Source of the DNA: Rhizaria sp. SCN 62-66
Taxonomy: Eukaryota
DNA: 64,000 nt
Assembly: GCA_001724265.1 (NCBI GenBank)
Contig: MEDY01000097.1
Coordinates: forward strand, 1-64,000
Direction: 5' to 3'
Part shown: positions 45,054 to 55,126 of the stretch, in pieces
Layout of the letters: every line of letters begins with the position of its first letter
How positions within the stretch are numbered: the stretch's first letter is position 1
Notes under the pieces: model-generated
What the model saw: only the letters and a program-made list of their open reading frames with translations
Databases searched by the model: none
What the model was told of the DNA's origin: nothing
Program-made: the position numbers and the translations under genes

Positions 45054-48000
45054 TCACACAAGCGGCGGCGGCGGGGGCTCGTCATAGTCGTCGTCGCTGT
45101 AGTCCACCGCCTCCGGCATCGGCGGCGCGCTCACACTCGCGCGGGCGTCAGCGTTTCCGCCCGCGTTAGCCGCGTGCACGGCGGCGAAGAACGCAGCGCC
45201 ACGCAGAGGTGACTTGATCGCGAGGTCGTCGTCCTGCGGCCGCGGCGGCAGCACAGCAGGCGCGGCGGCCGAAGGGTGGAACCAGCTGCCCGCGGCGGCG
45301 GGAGCGGGCGGCATCGTGCCGGCGAACGGCCCGCCAGTCTTGCGCTCCACTGCGTCGTAGTCAGCGCCCGACTCGGCGGGCGGCGGCGGCGGCGGCGGGG
45401 ACAGCGGCTCCCCGCCGTCCATAGTAGCCGGCGGGGGCGGGATCGGGGACGAGAAGGCCGACGACGCGGGCGGGGCGCGCGGCGGCGACGCGAACGACTG
45501 CGATGGCGCGGGTGCGGCCGAGATGAACCCCGAGCTGGACCCGGGCGCGGCGGGCATGGGCGGCACCGGTGCCGGCGGGAGAACGGGCATGGGGGGCAGC
45601 GCGGGCGCGGAGCTCGGGGGCGCGGGCGCAGGCGGCAGGCCCGTCGCGGGGCGGCCGGGCGGGAGCGAGGTTGGCAGCGTCGGCACGGGTGGCACAGGCG
45701 CGGGCACAGCAACAGCAGTGGGAGCGGGAGAGGGAGCGGAGGGCAGCGTGGGAAGCGCGGGGCGCGTCTGCGGCAACACGGCCGGCAGCGGGGGCGGCAG
45801 GATCGACTGCGCGCGCGACTGCGCGAGCGACGGCGGCAGCGACGGTGGCTGAGACGGCGGCTGCGACGGCGGCTGCGACGGCGGCTGCGAGTGCGCGTGC
45901 GACTCAGTCTCGGAGTAGTCGTCAGTGGGCGACATCGGCGGCGGCGGCGGCGCGGGCGAGTTGGGCTCCGAATCGCTCGCAGCGGGCGGCGGCGGCGGCG
46001 GCGGCGACACGAGCCCCGGCGGCGGGGGTGGCGCGCCGAACTCGTCCTCGTCCTCCTCTTCGTCCGCCTCGTTGAACGCCGTGGGCGCCGGCAGCGACTG
46101 CAGCAGCGACGGCACAGCGGGCTCAGCGGAGGCGCCGCCGGCGGTCGGCGGGGCCATGAAGGGCGGCGGCAGCACGCTGGCGCGCTGCGCGACGTTGGGC
46201 GGCGGCGGCGGCGGCATGACGCTGGCGCGCTGCGCGGACGGCATGAAGGGCGGCGGCAGCACGCTGCCACGGGCAGCGCCAGCGCCAGCACCGGCGGCGC
46301 CCGGCAAGGGCAGCGGGTGCGCGTTCGCGGGCGTGAAAAACGACGAAGGCGACAGCGGACCACCGGCAGCAGGAGCAGCAACAGGAGCAGTGGTAGGGGG
46401 GAGAGCAGCGGCAGCAGCAGTGGTCGTCGAGAACATCGGCGGCAGCGGCGGGGCGCTGGAAGCAGCTGAGCCGCCCGAGACGGTGATGCCGCCAGAGGCC
46501 GAGAACGCGGGGCCGCAGTGGCTACCGCTGCGGGACTTCTTCTGCGCCAGCGCGGCGAGCGCCTTGATCCACTCAGCGTTGCGCGCGGCCGCCGCGGCGC
46601 CGGCGCCGACGTCGGCGTCGCCCGGCGCGATGGAGGAGCCCGTGGTGAGCCAGAAGCGCCGCGACGAGGTGTCTGACACCGAGGGCATGATGTAGAAGAG
46701 GCGGAGCTGGTCCTGCGGGGTCGCGAAGTACGTCGCCGCGGCCGTGATGGTCGCCGCGTCGGCCGCGCGCGCCGCAGAGGCGGACTGCACGCCCACGGCG
46801 CCGGCGCTGGCGTAGTCGTCGTCGTCGACCTCGCCGCCAGTCGCCAGCGCTGCCGCGGCTGCCGCAGCCGCGGCAGAGGGCGTGGTGCTGCGGGCCTCGT
46901 CCTGCGCCACCGCGGCCGCCGCGGCGACGTCGTTGGTGGAGATGAGCCCCACGGTGAAGTCGTCCGGCAGAGGGATCTCGCCGCGCGGCTCCGCGTCCGT
47001 CTTGCGGCGGTAGTACAGCAGGTGGTCCGAGTGCAGCACGGCGTAGCGCTTAGCCCACGCGCGGCCGCTGGACGACGCCTTGTACAGGTAGCCCTCGCGC
47101 AGCGCGGCGGGATCCTTGCGCTCCACAGCGGCGGCGGCCGCGGCGGCGATGGCCTGCGCCCAGCCCAGACAGTCATCGTCCGTCTCGGCAGCGAAAAAGA
47201 CGCGCTTCGAGTCCTCGTCGCCCGTCACGGGCAGCACAAAGCCGTGGGCCAGCGCGTCGCCCGCGGGCAGCACCTCGGGCATGGCGTCGCTGGTGAGGCG
47301 GATTTCCTTGCTCGCCGTGTCGACGTCGGCGCCGAGTGTGTGCATGTACACGAGGCGACCCGGGAAAAGCACCATGAAGCGCCGCGCGCCGCGGGCCTTC
47401 TTGTGGTTCTTGTACAGGTAACCCTCCTTGATGGACCCGGGGTACGACCGCGCGGGCTGCGCGGCGCGCACGGATTCGATAGCGGCGACCCAGGCGCGCG
47501 ACTCACTCTCGCGCGCCGTGGCCAGGAACGTGTCGACGCCCGTCTCGTCCATCGACGCGCAGAGCGAGAAGATCGAGTCGGGCGAGGTCGAGCTCAGCCC
47601 CTGCGCCATCTGCGCCTCGGCGTCGGCCGCGGACGGGACCGCGGCCGCGGCAGCGCTGGGCGAGACTGCAGAGGGCGCAACGTCGGGGTGCGCGCCGCAG
47701 AAGAGCACGCGCGCGTAGAGCGAGACGCCGATGCGCTCGGCCACCACGTCGTGGTCGCGGCTGCTGTACAGAGACAGCCCCTCGCCGTGGGTCAACACGG
47801 CGTACTTCTTGAGCCAGCGCTTCTGCGGCAGCGCGCGGTCGCGTGCCGTGAACACGTAGCCCTCCATCACGCTGTCGGGCACTTTGCGCACGGGCGAGCC
47901 GCTCGACAGCCCCGCGAGCGTGCGCGAAAAGGCGGAGTAGTCGCCGTCAGTGAAGGTGCAGAAGGTGAACTGGCGCTGGTTCTTGTCGCCCGACTCGGCG

Positions 48001-50446
48001 ATCGACAGCTGCCGCGGCCGCGCAGGGTCAGAGTTGCCCAACACGCGGAACTCGAACCCGGCGCGCAGCGCGACTTCGCCGACGGCCTTCTTGTCGGCGC
48101 GGTGCTTGTAATACATCAGCCGGTCGGGAAGCACGACGCAGTAGCGCTTGGCCCAGCGCGTGTGCGACGTGTTGGACTTGTAGATGTAGCCCTCGAGCAG
48201 CGACCCGGGGACCTGGCGGATCTGCCCCAGCTCGGGCCCCGCGGCGCGCTGCAGCGCGAGCCCCGCCGCGGCGCGCTCGACGGGGCCCGCGCAGACGAGG
48301 TAGTATAGCTGCGAGTCGTCGTCGTTGTTCTCGGCGAACAGCACCGTCGCCTCGGCGGTGATCTCGCCGTGCAAGTGCGGCGCGTAGCCAATGCTGGCGT
48401 CCTCGCCGGGGGAAAAGTCGATGAGCGTGGTCCCGCCCAGCGGCACTACCTGCTCGGGCTTGTCCGCGCCGGCTTCGGGGTAGATGAGCGCCGCGCCGGG
48501 CAGCACGAGCAGGTGCTTGACGCGGCCGTTGACGCGCAGAGTCTGGTCGAACATCGGCGGGCGCAGGATGGCCGAGTGCGAGCGCAGCGCGCCGAGCCAC
48601 TTGTCGCGCTCCGCCGCCAGCTCGGTGGCGAGGATGACCGTGGGCGGGACGTTCCACGCGGGGCCGTCGGCGGGCACGGCGGCGTCGGCGCCATACTCAT
48701 GCAGCCAGATGCCCAGCCGCGAGGGGCCGAGGAAGACGGGCGTAACGACAGTGCGGTACAGACGCAGTGTGTGCTTTGGCTTGCGCGCGCGCGACGTGTC
48801 GGTGCCTTCGAAGAGCTGGAACTCGCCGCAGCGCACGTAGGCGTGCGAGGGTGTCCACTCGCTCGAGAAGAGGCCCTTGGAGAAGCTCGAGAGCGTGCCG
48901 TCGATGGGCGCGTCAGGCGGCGTCAGCGGGGTCGGCGCAATGTTGACGCCGGAGCCCGGGATGAGGCCCAGCTCGGCGATCGCGGCGGCGCGCGCGGCGG
49001 CCGTGGGCGACAGCGCGCTGGCCGGGCTGGACGGGCCCGACATCGCGGCCGCTAGAACGACTCCGGTCAGCCCGGAGCCCGCCTGGCCGGTGGAGCGCAG
49101 AGTCGCAAACAGAGTCGGCCCGCCGCTGGAGCTGGGCGAGAGCGCGCTGGGAGAAGACACCATCAGGGGCACGCGAGCCACGGTCTGCGTCTGGCCCTGA
49201 GTTTGACTCTGGGTCTGCGCCTGTGCCTGGGGTAGCGTCACGGAGAGGTTCGACGGCAGAGCGGAGGCGGTGTTGGGCGCAACGGGCGCGGGGGCGGGCG
49301 CGGGGGCGGACTCGGGCGAGGAGGCGGCGGGGCGCGCGGCGACGGGGGGCCGCACGGGCAGCGCAGGCCGCGATGGCGAGCCAGGGATGGGCTCAGCATC
49401 AGCGTGCGCGACGGGTTCGACAGCAGGAGCAGCGGCAGGCGCAGCCGCAGGAGCTGGAGCTGGAGCCGGGGCGGCCGGGAGCGCGGGGGTGGCGGGCAGC
49501 GCGGGGGCAGCGGGGAGAGCAGGAGCGGTGGGGAGAGCGGGAGCGGTGGGGAGAGCGGGAGCGGTGGGGAGAGCGGGAGCGGTGGGGAGAGCGGGGGGCA
49601 CGAAGGCAGGTAGCGCGGGCACAGCAACAGCGGCGACGGCGACAGCGGCGGCGGGGGCCTCGTTCACGGCCTCGGGCATGGGTGCAAGCGCTGCGGGGGC
49701 TTCCTGCTGCACGGGCACAAGCACAGCCGCAGGCGCCGCCACGGCCACGGCCACTGCAGGCTCGGGCTCGGGCTCTGCAGGCTTCGCGGCGGGGACGGCA
49801 GCGGGCACAGGGAGCGGCGCGGAGGGCAGAGACGCGGCAGGGCGAGGGGACGCGGCCGCGGAGGGCGTGGGCGCGGCGGAGCCCGCGGCCTCGGGGTTGG
49901 TCCAGGAGGTCGCGCGCGTCGTGGGGTTGTAGTAGTAGGTGCGGCCTTCGGGGGTCTTCAGCTCGCGCCAGACAGGGACAGGCTCCGAGGCGCCGTCAGT
50001 CACTACGGGCTTCGTCCAGCTCGTTTCTTTGGTGATTTTGTTGTAGTAGTAGGTGCGGCCACGAGCATCAACAGCGCTCACCCAGTTAGGGGGCAAGTCC
50101 GTCGACGACTGGGGCATGCAGCAGTGTCGGAGAAGATCAAGAAGCAAACATGATGAACGGATAGTAGGGGGACGTTATGAGGCGCTTTGGAACTCAAGAT
50201 CAGACTATTCTCAGAATAAAACACGTCAAACAAATACTAAAGCAACAGTTATAAAACCATCAGATGCTGTCTTTCTTATTAGCGGAAGTATCGCAGCGCT
50301 ATGCTGGGACTTAACGTCAGCCAGAGAGTCCAACGTCAGACGACCAAATGCAATTAGAAAAGAGAGTTGTCTCGCTTATAACAGAATTTTTGGAGCAAGC
50401 TATAAGAAAAAATAAGTGTCCCAATAGAAAAAATAATACGTACCAT
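45054..50446 (-). CDS. Scaffold protein with 2 WW domains, about 6 PH domains and a proline-rich tail
   Basis: WW1 LPPNWVSAVDARGRTYYYNKITKETSWTKP, WW2 WRELKTPEGRTYYYNPTTRATSWTNP. Repeated PH starts EGYIYK, EGYVFT and EGYLYK (twice), with closing W helices in most repeats. Proposed model: ATG 50446-50444, intron 50443-50109 (GTACGT...CCCCAG, phase 0), exon 50108-45054. Alternative unspliced ATG 50117. Confidence 0.85.
49522..49593. repeat. 18-bp coding tandem repeat (GGAGCGGTGGGGAGAGCG) x4 encoding ALPTAP repeats
   Basis: Seen directly; flanked by degenerate copies (ALPAAP, ALPATP) in the WW/PH gene. Confidence 0.9.
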
Positions 50447-50703
50447 GACGACAGGCCGGATTTCTGATTCACAACACACAAACAAGGCAACGAAACTTGG
50501 TCTCGTCGTCTATTAGCCCAGCGCACGCCAGCGTCGGGCAAAGGTGACTGCATAGTGACCACAATGATTATGCACTGTTGCGACGATATAGATAAAGTGT
50601 ATTGTATATATAACGGCGGAATCCCACACCACGAGTGGTTCAGAGCCTCCTGGCCCGCATTGAACATCAGTCCACTTGAATATCACCGTGCATATCTCCG
50701 CAT

Positions 50704-53700
50704 TCAAGCGTTGTCCTGCATGAACGCAGCGAGCGTATCATCTTCCTCCCCGTCGGGAATCGGAGCATCAACAGCAGCAGCGAGCTCAGCCTCGGCCGCG
50801 GCAACCTCAGGAGCAACAGCATCAGCGGGCTTCTTGGGGTCGTGGTGCGCAGCCGCCTCCTGCTCGTCAGCCGCGGCCATGAACATCGCCATAGCGTCCT
50901 CCTCTTCCTCAGCAGCAACAGCAGCAACAGGTTCCTCCGCAGACTCGGCATTCGCGAGCTCTGCGTCAGAAGCGGCCTCCGCCTCAGCGGAGTGCTCGGC
51001 GGGGGCAGTGGGCTCGTCGCCGGACTGGGCCATGAATGCGTCCAAATCGAGTTCACCGTCACCTTCATCATTTGCAGTAGCCTCGGCCTCAGCAGCCTCG
51101 GCCTCAGGCTCAGCATTGCCCTCAGGCTCATGGACCTCAACCTCAGCCTCAGCCTCAGCAGGAGCGGCCTCAGCCTCAGCAGAAGCGACAACATGAGACT
51201 CAGCATGCTCCTCATGCTCCAGCTTTTGCTGCTCATGTTGCTCATGCTGCTGCTGATCAATCATGCGCTCGTGCTCGAACTGCGCCGCAGCAGCCGCGGC
51301 CTCGGCCTGCGACTCCTGTTGCGCAGGCGAGCGCTCGGTCGCCACAGGAGACGCCTCAGCCTCAGCCTCGGGCTCAGCCTCGGGCTCGGGAGCCTCAGCA
51401 GCAGCGACCGCATCGGTATCGGCAGCAGTCTCAACAGCAGCAACCACCGGCTCAGTTGTCGCAGCAACCGCCTCAGCCTCGGCTTCGCCCTCGGCCTCCG
51501 CCTCTGCCTCTGCCTCGTCGTCCTCGTCGCTGGCGGCGCCTTCGCGCGCGGCGGCCTCGTCCTCGGCCTCCTGCTGCTCGCTCCACCCATGGCGCTCACG
51601 CACCGCCGCTAGCGCGGCGCGGCTCACGGCCACAGCCTCGCCCGCCGCGCGCTCCTGCGCCCGCAGCGCTGCCGCCACGGCCGCGCCCGCCGCGGTGCCC
51701 AGCGCGCGGCCCAGCCGCTCCACCGCGTGCAACGCGCTGATTGGAGTCCCTGCCCAGCGCGCGAGGACCAGCACTGCGGCCGCGGCAGTCGCGGCGGCCG
51801 TCGGCGGTGCGCACGCGGAGGCGGTCACACTCTCCGCAGCGTCCTTGTCCTTGGGGTCCTTGGCATCCTTGGCGCTCTCGGCGGCGGCGGCAGCGTCGTC
51901 GCTCTCCTTCTTATCTTCGTTATCCGCAGCTGCAGCGGCGGCCTTGGCCTCGGCCTCAGCGAGCGCCTCGGCGTCGGCGTGCTCCCGGGCGGCATTGGGC
52001 AGCAGCGTGCGCGCGCGGTCCGCGTTGCTCTGCGCGACCACGTCCGCGGCGGCGCGCGCGCGGGCCTGCATGCGCGCGAACCTGCGCGCGCGCACCCGCA
52101 GCGCCCGGGCCGACGCGCGGTCCTTGCGCTCGTGCGCGCCGCCCAGCGCGGCAGTCGCGGCGGCGGCGGCGGCCTCGACCCGGGCGACTTCCGCGACGAT
52201 CTCGGCCGCCTCGCTCTGCAAGCGCGCAATCTCGGCCTCGCTGGCGGCCTTGACGGCCGTGAGGTCCGCGATCTGGTTCGTCAGCGCGCCCGCCTGCTTA
52301 AAGTTCTTGCCCGTCACGGCGGCGCGCTTCTCGGCCTGCAGCACTGGCAGCGAGCGGTCCGCCTCGGTGACCGTGTTGGCATGCTCGCTTTCACTCGTCT
52401 GCACCGCCAGCAGCCGGGCAGCAAGCGCCTCGCCCTCCTGCTCCACCCCGCGCAGCGCGGCGAGCTCAGAGTCGACCAGCGCGCGCGCCGCAGTCGCCGC
52501 GGCGGTCCACGCGTCGTGCGCGCCCACAGCAGCGCCTGCGCGGGCGGCGGCGTGGGCCAGTTCCGCGCGCGCGAGCTCGGCCGCGGCCACGTCGCCCGCC
52601 ATGATCGCGCGCTGCGCCGCGACAAACGCGGCGTCGGCGGCGTGGCGTTGCGCGCGGGCCGCGATCTCGCCCAGCTCGTGCTGCGCCGCGGCCTCCTCCT
52701 CGGCCACGGCGGCGCGGCGTTCCTCGACGCGCTTGAACTTGCGGTCGAACGCCTGCGCCGCGGTGCGCAGCTTGGCCTCGCAGGCCTCAAGCGCGCCCTC
52801 ACTGCGCTGCAACTCGGCGTATTTGTCCGCCAGCTGCGCCTCGAGACTGTCGATGTCGCCGCGCACGGCCATCTGCGCAGCCAGCAGCGACGTGCGCGTG
52901 GCCGAGTCCTCCTTGGTCTCCTCGTCGAGCTGCGCCTGGACCTCGTCCTGTTCACCCGCAGCTTTGGCGGCGTCCGCGGCCAGGTGGCGCAGCAGCACGC
53001 GCACGCGCTCCTCCTCGGCGGCCAGCGCGGCGGCGTCGCGCTCGAGCCGCCGGGTCTCACTGGAGCCGAACGCCGTGAGCTCCTCGCGTCGCACGCGGGT
53101 GTCGGCGGCGAGCGCGGCGGCGGCGGCGGCGAGCTGGTCCCCCGCCCCGCGCGCGGCAGACAGCTCCTCGGCCTCGGCGGCCTCGGCGCGCGCGGCGTCG
53201 ACGGCGGCGCGCTGCGCGTCGGCCTGCGCGCGCAGCGCCTCGATCTCGCCGTTGAGCGCGTCGGCACGCTCGAAGTCGTCGGCCTCGGCGGCGGCCTGCT
53301 GCTCCGCGGCCGCGGCAGAGAGCCGCTGCAGCAGCGCCGCGCCCGCGGCCTCGGCGGCGGCCTCGCGCGCGCGGGCGGCCTGCGCGGCGGCCACGGCCGT
53401 GCGGGCATGAGAGAACGAGCTGGACAACTGCGCTGCGAGCGCTGTGACGACACGGTCCACCTCGGACTCGGCCGGCAGGAGCGGATCCGGCGCGGAGTAC
53501 GCGCGCAGCGGGGCTGCGGTCGCCGCGGCGGCGGCGGGGGCGACGGCGACGGGCGGGCGCGAGGTCGGCGGGGCCGGGGGCGCACCGGACGGCGAAGTGG
53601 GCAACGTCAACGGCGTAGGGGCGGCGGTGTTCACAGCCGCGTTGCCATCACCCTCGTCGTCGTCGTCGCCGCCAATAAAGCCGAAGGCGGAGGGCTCGTT

Positions 53701-54237
53701 GTCGTCGTCGCCGTCAGCCGCGGCAGTCGCGACAGGAGTCACGACAGCTGGGGCAGCGGCAGCGTGCGCAGCGTCGACACCGCCGTTGGCAGCGGCGGCC
53801 GCGCGGCGCTGCGCGGCAGTCATTACGGGGGGCGCAAAGCCAGTCGTGCGCGGCGTGGCGAGCGCGGCGGCGGCCGTGGGCGGCTGGGCCCCGGCGCCGG
53901 AGGTCGCGGGCGCGAGCGGGGGCGGACGGAACGAGTCGGTGGCGGAAGGAGCGCGGGAGTCGCGGGTCACACCGGCGGGCGACGCCGAGGCGGGGTGCGC
54001 GGCCGCGGCGGGCTTCATGGCTAAGCCGGCAAAGAGCGAACCACCGCCCATGCCCGACGCGGGCGCGGCAGCGGGGCGCGGCGCGGCGGCGGCGGCAGGC
54101 GAGGCGGAAGTCGCGATCACAGCGGGCGCGGGTGTGCTCGAGACGGCCGCCATCGCGGCGTGGGCCGCAGCAGCAGCCTTGGCCTGGTCGGCCTTGGTCT
54201 GCTCAGCCTTTTTGTTGCCGAATATCGAGCTAAACAT
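50704..54237 (-). CDS. Long coiled-coil protein with two UVR-like motifs and an acidic tail
   Basis: 1177-aa ORF with coding-like composition. UVR-like QQAAAEADDFERADALNGEIEAL and EKRAAVTGKNFKQAGALTNQI, heptad Ala/Glu/Arg-rich core, Glu/Ala-rich C-terminus. Stop TGA. Confidence 0.75.
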   Translation of the reverse strand: MFSSIFGNKKAEQTKADQAKAAAAAHAAMAAVSSTPAPAVIATSASPAAAAAPRPAAAPASGMGGGSLFAGLAMKPAAAAHPASASPAGVTRDSRAPSATDSFRPPPLAPATSGAGAQPPTAAAALATPRTTGFAPPVMTAAQRRAAAAANGGVDAAHAAAAPAVVTPVATAAADGDDDNEPSAFGFIGGDDDDEGDGNAAVNTAAPTPLTLPTSPSGAPPAPPTSRPPVAVAPAAAAATAAPLRAYSAPDPLLPAESEVDRVVTALAAQLSSSFSHARTAVAAAQAARAREAAAEAAGAALLQRLSAAAAEQQAAAEADDFERADALNGEIEALRAQADAQRAAVDAARAEAAEAEELSAARGAGDQLAAAAAALAADTRVRREELTAFGSSETRRLERDAAALAAEEERVRVLLRHLAADAAKAAGEQDEVQAQLDEETKEDSATRTSLLAAQMAVRGDIDSLEAQLADKYAELQRSEGALEACEAKLRTAAQAFDRKFKRVEERRAAVAEEEAAAQHELGEIAARAQRHAADAAFVAAQRAIMAGDVAAAELARAELAHAAARAGAAVGAHDAWTAAATAARALVDSELAALRGVEQEGEALAARLLAVQTSESEHANTVTEADRSLPVLQAEKRAAVTGKNFKQAGALTNQIADLTAVKAASEAEIARLQSEAAEIVAEVARVEAAAAAATAALGGAHERKDRASARALRVRARRFARMQARARAAADVVAQSNADRARTLLPNAAREHADAEALAEAEAKAAAAAADNEDKKESDDAAAAAESAKDAKDPKDKDAAESVTASACAPPTAAATAAAAVLVLARWAGTPISALHAVERLGRALGTAAGAAVAAALRAQERAAGEAVAVSRAALAAVRERHGWSEQQEAEDEAAAREGAASDEDDEAEAEAEAEGEAEAEAVAATTEPVVAAVETAADTDAVAAAEAPEPEAEPEAEAEASPVATERSPAQQESQAEAAAAAAQFEHERMIDQQQHEQHEQQKLEHEEHAESHVVASAEAEAAPAEAEAEVEVHEPEGNAEPEAEAAEAEATANDEGDGELDLDAFMAQSGDEPTAPAEHSAEAEAASDAELANAESAEEPVAAVAAEEEEDAMAMFMAAADEQEAAAHHDPKKPADAVAPEVAAAEAELAAAVDAPIPDGEEDDTLAAFMQDNA

Positions 54238-55126
54238 CGTTCGACAGGCGGACTATGGAGCGCGGGCCGGCGCCGTGAGCAAGGTGGACAGTGTGCGCGT
54301 CGACGTCGAGAGGGGTGGAGGAGGGGCGAGGAGAGACATGATTGCAGGTGAGTAGTTGAATTTGATAGTTGAAAAGCAGAATGCTACAAAGTACTACTGC
54401 GTTTCCTCCACCTGCCAGCCATCGATTTGCAATCCGGGGCTTGTTTAGCACCTCAGGCGTGATGAATACGTGGGAGCGAGGTGATCAATGGCTGAAACCT
54501 AAGTGAAGTCGGTCCCTCAGTTGACCCTGATGTCGGCGACAGATGACACTGCGTACAACATCAGAGATCGACACTGTCACGAATAACGAAAATACACAAC
54601 TTTTATTTGACCAATATGTGTTTAGAAAGTACATATCTCTTTCGGACTCCCTGTCCTGGTCAGCTCCTCAAGCCCACGGTCACTGAGCGGGAGACACGAG
54701 GTCAGTGTGTGCAGAGGGGTCCACATTGCGGAGATGCTTTGCACTGTTCTTGATCATCAAGCGATATAATTCGACTTGTTATAGAATGATCATGCAGTGG
54801 CATGGTTGATGCTAAGTTTCCAGAGCTATCTCAGAAGCATATGCCCATCGCCAGTGCCAAATGCACCACACGCCCAATGTGCGACGACGTCACCTGTCCA
54901 TTTGTTAACGTCGCATATGCGGCTGAAAGACGCCACAAAGATACCGCATTTTGAGTATTTATTTAAAAAAAGCGTAGAAAATTGCGTATTCAACATAGTA
55001 CTCTTGATGAGCGTCATCTATGACGCGAGTTCTATGTGATGCAAAGGTAACCGTTCTTGCTCATCAACTCCCTTTGCTTTCTCCTCTGTTTTCTCCGCCG
55101 CTCACTGTCTCAGCCATGTATTAGCG

